A stretch of 42,504 nucleotides of DNA from Rhizaria sp. SCN 62-66 (taxonomy: Eukaryota), in contig MEDY01000265.1 in the NCBI GenBank assembly GCA_001724265.1, positions 1 to 42,504 of the forward strand, read 5' to 3'. Below, one piece after another: positions 21,701 through 35,455 of the stretch. The notes below the pieces were generated by a model. It worked only from the letters and a program-made list of their open reading frames with translations, had not been told where the DNA came from and ran no database searches. Numbering within the stretch: the first letter of the stretch is position 1; the number at the start of each line of letters is the position of its first letter. Position numbers and translations under genes: made by a program.

Positions 21701-24700
21701 TGCCGCCGCCGGCGCCGACAACAGCGTTGGCATTGCCGCCAGTGCTGTTGGTGTTGAAGGCGGCGATGGCGGTCGAGACGGTGGACGCAGACACGGAGCC
21801 AGACTGGATCACCGCGCTAATGGTCGTGCCATTGGAGCTCGCGCTGCCGGCATTGCCGCTCGCGTTGCTCGGTGGCCCGTCGCGGTATAGCAGCCACAGC
21901 GGGTCGTTCTTCAGCACGTTGGCCGCGCCGCCAACGCCTGCGCTCGCGCTTCCGGAGCTCTCGCCCGCCGCGCTCGCGCCCGCGCCGCCGCCGCTGTTGG
22001 TGGACGCGTTGGCGAGCCAGGGGCGCTTGCCCGCCCGGATGGCCGCGATGTCGCGCTTGACCTTCTTCACGGCGGCGCGCTCCTCGACGCGCGCCCATTC
22101 GGCGCCGCGTGCGCAGCGGGCCGCCGCGGCAGCCAGGCGCGCGCCCTCCGCGCGCGCCGCGGCGGCCTCGCGGCCGAGTCGAGCGAGCGCGCGCGCGCCC
22201 TCGCCGCGCAGCACGGCACGCTCCGTCTCGGCCTCGCAGTCGCGCGCGAGCGCCGTCGCCAGCAGCTCCAGCTCCGCCGTGCGCTTGCACACGCGCAGCC
22301 GCTCCGCGCGCGCCAGCGCCAGCAGCGCGTCGACGCCTGCGCACGTGTCCGCAACGACGACGCGCAGGCGGCGCGCCTCGGCCTCGAGCGCGCGGACGCG
22401 CGCGTCGCGGTCGGCGGCGAGGCGGCGCTCCGCGCGGTCGATGTCGGCCGCGGCCTGGCGGTGCGCGTCGGACCAATGCGAGGCCGGCAGCGTCGACAGC
22501 CACGCGGGCCGCATGTAGGCCGACACGAACAGAGACTCGGTGCCCGCGGTCTCGCCAGCGGGGCCGCTGGGCTTGGCGGCGGATCTAGACGAGGAGCCGG
22601 CGGCGCTGGAGCCGGAGCCGGAGCCAGAGCCCAACGAGCCGGCGGCGGTGGCGCGGCTGGAGATGCTGCTGCTGTTGTTCTGCACGGCCTGCGCGAACGA
22701 GTCGAGGTGCGCGAGGTCGAGCCCTGCGGTGTGGGGGTTGGCCAGCGGCAGCTCGACCTGCACGACCGAGCCGACGTCGACGGCACCGTTGGTGATGCCG
22801 GCGTTGACGTCGATGTCGGCCTCGGACTCGTCCTCGCTTTCGCTAGCGTCGCCGGCGCTGTCGGCGCCGTCACTATCACTAGCGATTGCGCCCTCGCCAC
22901 CAGCCTTGTCCTTGGACTTGCTCTTGCCCTTGTTCGAGACCAAGGCAACCTGAGTGCCACTCGAGCTGCTATTGCTGTTGTTGCTATTCTTGGAGGTGGT
23001 CGAGAGCAGCGCGGCGACGGTTATCGCGCCCGCGCCCGCGCCGGCCTTGCGCAGTCGGCCGTTCATCATACTGATGAGCGCACGCTCCAGCGCGGCGCGG
23101 TGCTCGGCGGCCTCGCGTCCGTCCTCTCCGCCTGTACTGTTGGCGCTGCTGGAGCTGGCTTTGCCGCCGCCGCTGCCGTGCGCGTGCGAGAGTGAGAGCG
23201 GCATGTCGGTTTGCGGTGTGAAGATCACCGCCGAGGCCTCCAGCTCCAGCGGTGACGGCAGGAAGTGGTTGATGCGGTAAGGGAACAGCGCCGCCGCGGC
23301 CGTCGCGGCGGTCGCGGCCGCCGCAGCAGCGGAGACCACGACAGTGCCGACGGCGTTGGCGCCGGCGCCAGCGGTCTTGCTGTTGTGGGCGAGCCTACCG
23401 CTGTCGCTGGTGCTGTTGCCGCCGCCAGAGTACTGCCCCTGTGATTGGGATTGGTGCAGCTGCTGCTGCTGCTGCTGTTGCAGGCGGATGTTGCGCTCGC
23501 GCATCGGCGACCCCACCGCGAGGTACGCGTACGCGACGCCGTTGACGGTGCCTGCGGAGCCGGCGCCGCTTGCGCCCGCCGCGGCTGCAGCGCCAGCGCC
23601 GACAGCGGCGCCCGTCATCGGGCACGCCAGCGCGGCGGCGATGTCGATGCGGTCTCTCTGGCCAGTCCGCTTGCTCCGCCTGCTCTTGCTCTTGCTGCTG
23701 GCGCTCGCGGTGGCGCCGGAGCTAGGCGCGAAGCCGCTGGCGCCGGCCATGCTCTTGGAGCTCGGGCTGCCACTGTAGGTGCTGCCGCTGCCGGACGTGG
23801 CGAGCAGCGCGTCGAGCCGCCGGAGCGCGTCGACCTCCCCGAGGGCGGCTCCGGCACGGACGACCGCGGTGCGCACAGCCTCGGCGGCCTCGGCCTTGGC
23901 GGCGAGCAGCGCGCGCAGCAGCAGATTGAAGCGCAGGCGGTCGCGGCGCGCCAGGTGCAGCAGCAGCGTGATCTGCGTCACGCGGCGCGCGCGGCTGATG
24001 CACGCCGTGGGCGGATACAGCAGCAGCGCGAGGTCCTTGCCGACCGACGACAGCAGCGCCGCGCCCGCGGCCGCGTCGGCCAGAGCGGTGTTGCTGGCGG
24101 ACGCCGACGACGCGGCGCTGCCGCCCGCCTGCTGCTGCTGTTGCTGCTGCTGCTGCGCCTGCGCCTGGGCGTGCTTGTTGAGCGAGGCCTTGGCGAGCAG
24201 CGTTGACATGCTGCTGTCGAGCAGGCTCGAGCCACCGCTGGCGCTGTTGCTGGGGCTCGTCGCCGCATTGAGTGTCGCCAGAGTCGCCTCGGCCACGTCG
24301 TTCGCGCTCGCGCTCGCATCGGAGCCATTGTTGCCGCCGGCGCCAGCGGTGCCGGCCGCAGCCGCGCGTGCGCTGCCGCCGATCGCGGCGACGGCGCCCA
24401 CGACAACCACACTGCTGTTGCTGTGCGACGTAGTCGTCGTTGCCGAAGCTGTCGTCGTCGTGGTGACGGTGTTGGAGTGCGTGGCGATCGAGACCCATAC
24501 GCCGTCAGCCAGACCGAGCGAGCGGCCGACGCCGAAGCGCGGCTGCGGCGGGCGCGCGCCCCCGGGCAGCGCCAGCAGGCGGCCGCCGTCCGCGCCGCCG
24601 CCAGCCACGAAGGCGGCGGCGCGCGCGTCCTGGGCCAGCAGACGCAGCAGCGATGTCAGCAGGCGCGGGGTCGCGATCGCGCGGGCCTCGGCCGCGGCGG

Positions 24701-27700
24701 CGTCCAGGTCCAGAGTGACGGGGGAAACGGCGGCGATGGCGTCGAGGCGCAGGCGAGTAAAGGGATTACTGCTGAACGGGTTGGTGCTACTATTGCCGAC
24801 GAAGTTCGCGCTGGAGCTCGAGTGCGTGAGAACACCGTTGTTGTTGCTGCTGCTGCCGTAGTTTGAGCCAGAGCTGGAGTTGCTCATGTTCACCGACACG
24901 TTGTTGTTGGGCAGGATGCCCGTGCCGCAGCGCGTGAGCATGTACAGGTCAGACGCAGGATCGGGGACGTAAGCCGCGCCGCTCTTGGACGCGCCGCCGC
25001 CGCCGCCGGCACCGCCGCTGGCACCGGCGCCAGCAACGCCCTTGCGTCCGCCCTTTCTACCGCCCTTCTTGCCGTTCCCGTTCCCGCCGGCGTCGCCACC
25101 GTCGGCGCCGTCCGCGCTGCCGCCGGTGCCGTCGTCGATGTTGCCGCCGTCATCGTCGTCGTCGTCGTTGGCGTCGCCGAACACGGAGTTCGCCGACGCG
25201 GCCGCCGCCGACAACGCCAGCTTGCTGCCGGCGCCCTGGGCGGCCGCTGCAGCGGCAGCCGCAGCCGCAACGGCCGCGGAGGCCGCCGCGACAGCCGCAG
25301 CGCCGCCGACGGGGACGTCGCCGGGCGCCTGGAGCAGCAACAGGCCGCCGTCCGCAGCGCCCGCGGCGGCGCGGGAGAGCGCGAACGGCACGCCGCTGTA
25401 GCCAACGCTCGCTCCGTTGGCAGCTGCGGTCACAGCGCCTGCGCTGCCATTGTTGGCGGCGGCGCTACTGTTGCTGCTGGCGTTGGGGTTGTTGGCGTAC
25501 CAGACCGTCTCCATGAGCTCCATCTTGCGCAGGTGCGCGACACGCGCGAGCCGCTCGCGCGGCGTCAGCGCGGGCAGCGCGGCGCAGCGGCCCGGCGGCG
25601 GCTGGCCCTGATGCGCGCCGCGTGCCGCCGACAGCGCGGCGGCCGCAGCCGCGGGACCCGGCGGCAGCAGCGACGAGAGCACGGAGACTGTAGTGCTGGC
25701 GTGCAGCGCCAGCGGCGGCAGCTGCGGAATGCTGGGCACCACGGCCAGGTCGCCGCTGCTGCCCGTGGTGACGCGCACGACGTCTCCGCCGTCTCTGTCG
25801 CCGCCGCTCTGAGCGGGCAGCGCGGGCGCGGCGCGGAGCCGGTCGGTGTGCAGGTCGAGCCGCGCGAGGGGGAAGGACGACACAGCCAGCGACGACACGA
25901 GCGCCGCGGCGGTCTCGCCCTCGACCACAACGCCAGCGGCGCCGGAGCGGTAGCTGGCGCTAGAGTTGGCGCTTGCGTTGTTGGTGTTGGCATAGTGCAG
26001 CGCCCAGTAGCGCGCCGCGGCCTCGGGCTCCGCCACCGCGGATGGCGGACCCCCGCTGGCGCCGCTGACGGTCACCGCAGTCGAGCTGCTGTAGTTGTTG
26101 TTGCCCACGGTCACAAGCACGGGCGCAGCCGCCCTGGCTGCGGCCTCGGCCTCGGCGCCGGCGCGCGCGCCATCGGCGGCGGCCAGCACAACGGCCAGCG
26201 GTGGCAGCGGCGATAGCGTCGGCGTCAGCGGCAGCAGCGACACGGCGTGCGCGTGCATCGACTCCCAGCACTGCGCGCGCAGCCGCCACGCTGCGAGCGC
26301 GCGCGCGAGGCCCTGTCGGTGCAGCGCGGCGCGCGCGCGGGCGACGGCGGCCGCGGTGGCCTCAGCCGCGCGCGCGGGTGCGCTGGGGTCGACGCTGAGC
26401 TCAATCAGCGAGAGGCGCTCCAGCTCCGGCGCGGCGTCGTTGCGCGCGATTAGGTTCTGGGCTTGAGCGAGCACGCGCTTCAGCGCGGCCGCGATCGACT
26501 GCGCGGGCGCCAGAGACGTCAACGCGCCGCTACTCGCACTCGGGCCCGCGCCAGCGTTGCCGCCTGAAGCGGCCTGCTGCTTCGAGTTGTGGCGGGCCGC
26601 GCGCGTGGCGGCGGCGGCGGCGCGGCGGCAGCTCTTGTCGACGAACAGCTGCGACAGCCCCTGCTCCTGCTGGCCCTGGCCCTGGCCCTGCTGGCCCGCG
26701 CCCGCCTGCAGCGCGGAGTCGGACCCGGCGGCGGCGGCCGCGGCGGCGGCGGCAGCAGCGGCGGCCAGCAGCGGCGTCAGCGCGGCGGTCGAGTTGGACG
26801 CGCAGTCGGCGACAAACGCGGCGGCGGCGGCGGCGGCAAGCGTGGCAACCTTGTTGTTGGAGCTGCTACTGATCACAGCAGAGCCCGCGTTACTCGCGCC
26901 CAGCTTGTTACCGAAGCCGGCATTACCGCTGCCGATGCTGCCGTTCGTGGCGCCGCGCTTGGGCCAGAAGCAGGCGGTGGGGCGCACCGAGGGCAGCGCC
27001 TGTGCCGCCGCTGGTGGCACCGCCAGCACGCGGCTCGCCACCTCGGCCTCGCTCACGCCGCCGCCGCCGGCACCAGCGTTCGCGCTGCTGTTGCTGGCGC
27101 TGTAGCTGCTGGTGCTGCTGGCGGTGCCGAGGTTGCTGTTGGCGAGCGAGCGGAAGGTGAGCGCGTGCGCGACGGGCGCGATGCGAGGGTGCGGCGCCCA
27201 CACGCGCACGGCGCCCATGCCCACGCCCACGCCGCCGGCGCCCGCACCCGCCCCAGAGCCGCTGGCGCCGGAGCCGGAGCTGAACGCGCTGGCGCCGGCG
27301 CCGGCGCTGGCGGCGAGCGCGCTGTCCGAGGGCAGCAGGTGTGCGACGGACCAGGCGAGCACGGCGCCGTCGCCGCCCGTGGAGTAGAGCACGCTGGATG
27401 TGCTGCCGAAAGCCAGGGAGGCGACGCCGCCCGCCGCGACGCTGTGCGCGGCGACGGGGCAGGCGACGAGCAGGTCGCGAGCGCGGCGGACGACGACGAC
27501 GCCGTCGCGGCCGCCCGTGGCGACGAGCAGTCCGTTGGGCGAGACGGCCAGAACTGTAGGCGGTAGCGAGTGCGCGGTGGCCTCGTCGTCCCAGCTGGCG
27601 GAGAGCTCGCCGCACAGCGAGCGCGTGTGCGCGGTGTGGCTGTGCAGGTACTGCGCCAGCGGCCGCCACAAGGGCGCGGCGCGCGCAGAGGCCATTACCC

Positions 27701-30700
27701 ACGCCGCGAAGGCGCTGTTGTTGCTGCTGTTAATGCCGCTGCTGCTGCCGCTACTGCCGCCGCTGCTGCTGCCGGCGACAACCAGGGCGCCCGCGGTGCT
27801 CGTGGAGTTGCTGATGTTGCTGCCGTTGTCGTAAATGATCGAGAGCGGGTCAGAAGCAGCGTCGGGGGCGGACGCTGAGGCGGCGGCCGCCAGCAGCAGC
27901 ACCGGCTCCAATCCAGAGCCAGGAGCGGAAGCAGTGCTCTTGCTGTTGATATCGCTGGGGTTTCTAGCATTGTTGGCGTTGTTGTTGTTCGTGTTGATGA
28001 TGTTTGTGGCGATGTGTGTTAGAGGGTGTCCGCCGATGTAAGTACTCTCGGCCTCAAGCATCGCGTTGTCACCGCCACTGCCGCCGCCATTGGCGCCCTT
28101 GGACGCCGCGACGAGCGCCCCGCTGGCGCCGGACCCGCCGGCAGCAGCGTCGCCGTCGCCGTCGCCGTGGTGGTGGCCGCTGCCGCTGCCGCTGCCAGCT
28201 GTGCCCGCGGAGGCCGAGGCCGCGGCGGGCAGCGAGAGCGGCTCTGCGTCGACCACAAAGCGCTTCAGCGTGCGGTCCGCGCAGAGGCAGAGCAGCGCGC
28301 GCGGGCCCGCAGCGGTGTCGGCCGCGGCGGCCACGGCCACGGGCGCGACCTTGAGGTCCAGCAAGAACGGGCAGAGCAGCGATGCAGGCAGTGAGGGGAA
28401 CGAGGCCAGCGGCGCGGGCGACAGCGCCGCGGCGCAGGCGGCCGCGGAGGCCAGCGCGGAGGCCGAGGCGGCCTTGCTGCCGCCTCCGTGGGCGTCATCG
28501 TCGTCGTCCTCATCGTCGTCGTCGTGCTCGTCCTCGTCCTCGGCGATGTTGCGGTGACTGCCGCGCTTCGAGCCGTTGCCAGCGACGGCGATGCTCGCGG
28601 AGCTGTTCGCGGTGCGCAGAGCGGTGGCGAGGTCGGGGGCGGGCATCGACAGCACGAGGGCCTGGCCCAGAGCAGTGCTGACGACCAGAGAGTGCGGCTT
28701 GTAAGTGCCCAGGGTACTTAGACTGTTGCCGCTCGAGCCAGCGCCAGAGCCGCCGTTCGCGTGGTTGTTGTCGCCACTGTTGTTGCTGCCGCTGTTGCTA
28801 CCGGGGCCACCGTTGGCGCCCGCGTAGCTGCTGCCGGCGTAAGTATAGGGCGTGACGTCGGCGGGCAGACTGACCCAGTCCAGCGCGACGGAGCCCGGCA
28901 GCACGGGCGCGACACCCAGCAGCTCGATGCACACGCTCGCGCTGCCGCTCGTGCCGCCGCCGTAGCCTCGAGGGCCGCGGCCGAGGCCGAGGCCATGGCC
29001 GCGCGCGGTGGTGCCGTTGCCGCCGCCGTCGTCGTCGTCGTCGTTGCCGTCGTCGCTGGCCGAGTTCTCGTCGCTGTCGTTGCCCTCGGCGGCGCCCTCG
29101 GCCGCGGCGGTGGGGGTATTGGCGTTCACGCCGCCGCCGAGGTGGATGTTGTACGAGCTCTTGCTGCTCGTCAGCCCCCTCTTGGCGCTCGCGGTAACAG
29201 CGCTCGCACTCATGTTCGCTCCGGCACCCGCGGCACCAATGCCAGTGCCAGCGCCGGCGCCGGTGGTGCGGTAGCGGAGGATGACGACCTCGTCCCTGCC
29301 GCGGCACAGCGAGGCCAGGTAAAGCCCGCTGGGCGCGAACTTGACTGCCGCGAAGGGCGGAGCGCCAGTGCGCGGGTCTGTGGGGTGCAGCAGCTCGGAG
29401 AAGACAACGCGCGGCGCGGCGGGGTCGGAGATGTCGAGCACGCGCACGACGCCCGACAGGAAGGCCACGGCCAGCAGCGCGCCGCACGGCGAGCACGTCA
29501 GGTGGCTGGGGTAGTCGAGCACGTACGGCGCGGAACCCGCGGCGGCGGCCAGCGCCATTGCCGACACCGTGGCCGGCGGGAACAGCGCTGAGACGGGCGC
29601 GGCCGCGGCGGCAGCAGACGCGGACACAGCGTTGGTGCTAGAAGCGGGCGGGGTGACGAAGACAGGCAACATGAAGGTTGAGACGAGCTGCTTGGTCTTG
29701 GTGTTGTACAGCTTCAGCGTCTGCGGCGGCTGCAGTGCCAGCGCGGCAACCGGCACCACCTCGGCAGCACCCGCCCCCGCACTAGAGCAGTTCGAGCTTG
29801 CATTGCCACCGGTGCTGCTGTTGCTGTTGCTGTTGCTGGGGGGCGCGACGGTGAGCCGGACGCCCGCCAGTAGCGACAGCGGGCCGGTCATGATGTCGTC
29901 GCTCGCGCCCATGCCGCTGCCGCTGCCGCTGCCGCTGCCGGAGCTGCTCGCGCCCTTGGCGCCACTGCCGGCGGTGGCGCTGGCGGCGGAGAGCGGGACC
30001 GCGGGCGCGAGGAGCTGGCGCTGGAAGGCTGAGTGCAGCGCGCGCTGCCCCGCCGTGGCCGTCGTAAGCACGGCCAGCAGCGGGTAGGGCCCCACGGCCG
30101 CGCACACCGCGGGCGTCGCTCCCGGCAGCGGCAGCGGCAGCGGCAGCGGCGTCATCGCGCCGCGCGCGCCCGCGGCAGCGGAGCCAGCGGCAGCAGCTGT
30201 GACGAGCGCGTTCGCGCCGGCGTTGCTGCCGCTGTTCGCGCCGTTTAAGTGCGCGGGCGGCGCGAGAGCGAGTGGCAGCGAGGGCAGGGTGGCCAGCGCG
30301 CCGTGTGGCAGGCCTGATGCGACGGCGGCAGTCGCGGTGGCGGCGGCGACAAAGCCCGCGGCCGTTACGGCCACGGCGGCGGCGGCCGCGGTGTTGGCGC
30401 TGGTGAGCGAGAGGTGGCCGGCCAGCGGCAGCGTGTTCGCCACAGATACCGCGGTAGCCTCAGCGTCCTTGCTGGGGGAGGAAGCGCTGCCCATGCTGGT
30501 GCTAGAACTGCTGCTGCTGCTACTATTCCCACTCTGCTTGTTGTCGCTGCTATTGCTGCCGCCGCTGCTGCTGCTGGGGGCAAGGAGGATGGAGGCAGCG
30601 ACGGCATCAGCGTCAGCGTCGGCGTCGGCCTCAGCCTCGGCGTCGCCCTTCTCCTCCTCGTCGTCGTTGTTAGCGCTACTATTCGCACCAGCGCCAGTGC

Positions 30701-33700
30701 TCAAGCCAGCGCCAGCGCCGCCGTTGCTGCCTGCGCCGGCAGCGCCGGTCAGAGCGGGCAGCAGCGCGAGCGCGCTACCGCTGTTGCCGCCGCTGCCCGC
30801 GCCCGCGCCCGCGGTGAGCGAGAGGAAGAGGAACGAGTTGGCGCGATAGCGCTGCGGCATCGACTGCAGCAGCGCGCGTACCGCAGGGCTGGCCAGCGCG
30901 GCAGCGCCGCTGACGGCTGCGCTTGCGCCCGCGCCGCCGCGGCCGCTGCGGCGACGGCCCGAGCGGACGCCGCCCTTGCCGCCCTTGCTGGCGCGGGCGC
31001 GGCGGGGAATGGGGGCCGCGGAGGCGAGGAGGCCCTGGGGACGCGTGGCGGCGTCGTTGCCGTCGTCGTCGTCGTCATCCTCGTCTTGGTCGTCGTCCTC
31101 GTCCTCGTTGTTGTTGTTGTTGTCGCCGTCGCCGTTGCTGCTGTCATTGCTCTTGCGCTCGGCCTCGTTAGTGCTGCCGTCGGCGTCGTCGTCGTCGCCG
31201 TCATCGTCATCGTCGTCCTCGTTATTGTTCTCATTTATCCCCTCGCTGACACCGCGGCTCGCCTCCTCGGCAACGCTGCTTCCGCTGCTGCCGGCGCTGG
31301 AGAGCGCAAGCGCGGCGGCCTTGGCCAGCGCCTGCCAGGGCCGGTGGGCGACTGTGGCGACCACGACGGCGCCGCGCCTGTCGGACACGACCAGCGACGT
31401 CGCACTCCCACTCGCACCAGCGGTCGCGGTGGCGCCGACGCCAGAGCTCACGCCGCTGAAGCCAAAGTTGTTGCTCAAGTTAGCGTTGCCATTCACGCCC
31501 GCGGGAGCGTTTGCGGCGCCAGCCGCCGCCGAGGCCGGCGCGGGCGCGATGCGGGTGACGGCGGTCGCCGTGAGCCGCTTGGCCAGCACCACGAGCGGCG
31601 CGCCGGCGCCCGCCCAGGGGAAGGCCCAGCCGGGCCAGCGGCTGCCGTGGGCCGCGGCGCCGTGGGCCGCGGCGGCAGCGGCCGCGCCCGCGCTGGGGTG
31701 GGCAGAAGCACTGGCGCTGGCGCTGGCGCTGGTGCTAACGGCCGAGGAGCCGCGGGCCGACTGAGAGCCGGGGCGGCTACTCCGGGCGACGACGCTGCCG
31801 CCGCTCGCGCCGGTGCTGGCACTGGCGCTCAGGACGCGGGCGCTGGCGCTGCCGTTGTTCGCGCCAGCGCCAGCGCCAGCGGTGTTAAGGGGCGCGAGCA
31901 GGGCCGGTGGCGCCGCCTTGCCGCCCTTCGCGGCGGCGGATGCGGTGGCGTTCGCGCTGTGCGTCAACGCCAACATTGGCGGCGCGGCGGCGGCGGGGGC
32001 AGCGGCGGGAGGCGCGGGCAGCGCGAGCACGACTGCGCCGGCGTTGCCAGCGGTGGCGGCCGGGCCAGCGCTGCTGCCGGAGTGAGCGATCGCAGAGAGC
32101 TGCGCGAACGACGGCAGACAGGCCGTGAAGGAGGCGGCCTCGAACCAGTACAGGTGGCCGGTGCCGGCGCCCACCACCACGTGGCTGCCCGCGCTGCCGC
32201 TCGTCGCGCCCATCGCGCTCGCGCCGGCGCTCAGGCCCAGGCCCAGGCCCATGTTGCTGGCGCTGGCGGGCGCGGGCGGCGCGGGCGGCGCGGGGGGTGC
32301 GGCCGCGAGCGCTAGCGCCGTCGCGCCGCCGGGCACCCAGAGAGGCAGCGCGCGCGCCAACGGGGCCGGCTCGCCGAGCGTGGAGCTGCAGGCGCCGCGC
32401 GCGCTGCTGCTGCTGCTGCTGCTGCTGCTATTGCTGCTGACGGTGGAGTGCGCCGAAGCCAGGGCCAGAGACAGGGGCGGGTAAGCGGCACTCGCGGTCG
32501 CTCTCGCCTTCGCTCCGGAGCCAACGAAAACGCCAGCGCCAGCGCCGGCGTGCGCGGCGTCAGAGGCCGCGGTGGTCGCGCTCGAGCCGTCGGTAGAGAT
32601 CACGTTGGCGCTGCCGCTGCCGCCGCCACCGCCGCTGTAGAGCGCGGGCGCCTGGACGGGGGCGACAGCGACGAGGCGGCCGCAGCGGGTGCCAAGCAAC
32701 CACACGCCGGTGCTATTGCCGCCGCCGCCGCCGCTGCCGGCGTTGGACGCAGACTTCGCCGGAGCGCCAGCGGTGACCGTGTTGCTGTTGCTCAGGGAGC
32801 CGGAGTGAGGGGGGATGTAAGTGGCCGACGTGAACACGGGTAAGTGCGTCAGGCCGGCTAAGGGGGCACTTGCAGCGCCGCTGCCGTTGCCGTCCGCGCT
32901 CGTCAGCAGCAACGTGCTCAAAACCTTGCTGGCCGTGCTGAGGTCGAAGCTGCCGCCGTGGCCGTGGCCGCCGTGGCCGCCGCCCTGTGTGAAGTTGAGC
33001 GACGACGGCGAGCGGCGGTGGCGCCCAGTCGCGCTCGCGCTCGCAGTCGCATTCGCGCTGGCGCTGCTGCCGCCGCCGCCAGTGCTGTTCAGAGCGCTGA
33101 GGTACGCAGTGCTGGAGCCGCCCCGCCGGCCCAGCTGGCCGTGTGCGCCCGGGGCCGCGCTGCCGTGCCGCGCGGACTGGCCGTGGCTGGAGCCGTGGTG
33201 CCCGTGGCCGTGGCCGTAGCCGGAGAAGTGGCCGCCGTGGCCGTGGCTGGGTGGCGCCGGGCACAGTCCCGCGGCGCGCGCGCGGCCGCCACGGCAAGCG
33301 CGGCTCCAGGCCAGCAGCGAGACCAGTGCGGAGCCCGCCCAAGGCCGCAGCGCAGACAGCGGAGACTGCTGCAGCTGCTGCTGCTGCTGCTGCTGAGATT
33401 GCTGTTGAACGTGTGACTGCGCCAGAGAGCCAGAGCTTGCGCTGGAGCTGTTGGTGGCCATATTGAGGGGCCGGGGACGGAGGCGCGGGGCCGGCATGGG
33501 CGCTGCGCCATTGAAGACAGCGACGCTATTGCTTCCAGCACTCGCGCTGGCGCTAGAGCTCGCCGCAGCGCTCGGGGCACGAGCACCTGCGCTCCAGTTG
33601 TTGTTGCTACTGTTGTTCGCAGGCTGCGGCTGCGGCTGCAGCAGTGGGACCGCCCAGCCGGGCACCGTGGCGGCAACGGCGGCGGCGGTCAGGCGCAGGC

Positions 33701-35409
33701 GCGAGACGGCCGCGGCGTCCGCGGGCCGCTCCCAGCGCGCGCATACGGCCGCGCCGCCGCCGCTGCCGCGGCTGCTGCCGCTGCTGCCACCGGCGCCGGC
33801 GAGGACGAGAGCACCGGAGCTAGAGCTAGAGCTAGAGCTGCCCATGCTGCTGCTGCTGCTGCTGCTCGCGGGACAGCGGTGGTAGGGCAAGGCCCAGGGC
33901 GCGGCGGCCACGGGCGGCGCGGCGGTCACGGCCGCGTCGGCCACGACAACGCCGCCGCTGACGTTGCCGCCGTTGGCCGCCACGCTCGCGCTCAGCGCCG
34001 GCAGCAGCAGCGCCAGTGCGTGGGGCAGGCCGTTGCCGCTGCCCGCGCTGGCACCGGACACGGAGGCCGCGAGCGCGAGGACGGCGTCGGAGGCCGGGCT
34101 CATGACGTTGCTGCTCGTGCTCGCGGGGCTCGCGCCGGCGTTAGCGTTCTCGGCGCCGGCGCCCGCGCCCGCGCCGCTCGCGCTGCTGCTGCTGCCGCTG
34201 CTGCTGCTGCTGCTAAGCGCCGCGGCCGCCGTGGCCGCCGCGGGGCCCGCAAAGGGGAACGGCGCCGCGATGACAGCGCCCTTGGCCCTGCTGCGGAGAG
34301 CCATGCTGCTGCCGCGCCGGCCGCCACGAGCCCCGGTGCCGGCCGCCGCCGCGGCGTTGGCGGCCTCGGCGGCCTGGAACACGCCGGCCCACTCGGCCGC
34401 CGCCGCCGCCGCCGCCGCGGGGGCTGCAACATAGGCGTTGGCGCAACAGCTAAATGGCACGCGCGCGGACGGCAGGGGCGTCGGAAAAGGGGCGGCCTTG
34501 AGCGAGACGCTGAGCCAATCTAAGGGGGAAACGAGCGTCACCGTGTAGGTCACGGCGCCGGCGCCGCTGCCGCTGCCGGAGCAGCCGTCGCCGCCCTCGC
34601 CCTGCTGCTCGCCGCTGCCGCTGCTGCTGCTGCCGCCGCTCTCGGGGTCGCTACCGTTGGCTGAGCCCGCGCCGCTGGCGCTGGTGCTGGCGCTGACGAC
34701 CGCGGTGAGGTGCACGGTGTGCGCGGCGGCCGCGATGGGCGCGTCCAGGGGCAGGATGAAGGGCGCGGGTAGCGAGAAGACGGGGAAGGCGGCCGGCACC
34801 GCGCGCGACAGACGCAGCAGGGACAGCGGCGGCAGCGGCGTGGTCGCCGTCGCCGCGCTGCTGCTGCTGCTGCTGCTCGCGCTGGCGCTGGCGCTGGCGC
34901 TGGCGCTGGCGCTGGTGCTGTTGGCCTGGCAGGGCGCGGGCAGCGGCGTGCCCGGGGGCAGCGTAAGGGGGAAAATGAACGCGGCCGTCGCCGTCGCCGT
35001 CGCTGTTTCCGTCTCCACGCCGGCCACGGAGCCCTTGCCCCTGCTGCTCGCGGCAGTGGCTGTAGTGGCCGTCGTTGCAGTCGTCGTTGTCGTGGTCGTG
35101 GTGGTGGTGGCGCAGACGGCGGCGACGGCGGAGAGGTCTTGCGCAAGCGCCAGCGCGGTCACAGGCACGGGCTCGGGCAGGATCACTGTGTGCAACAGCG
35201 CGGCGTGCGGCGGCACAAAGGGCGCGAAGGCCGCGGCGCCGCGCGTGATCACCAGCGGCGGGCACAGCGAGCGACCGCCGCCGAGCTCGTCGTCGTCGTC
35301 GTCGTCGCCGTTGCCCTCGGAGTCGCCGTCGCGTCCGTGTCCTTGGGCGTTGGGGTCACCAGCAGTGCGCTGCTGCTCGGCGCCGGCCTTGGCACCGCTC
35401 GCACCACTG

Positions 35410-35455
<46 letters not shown>
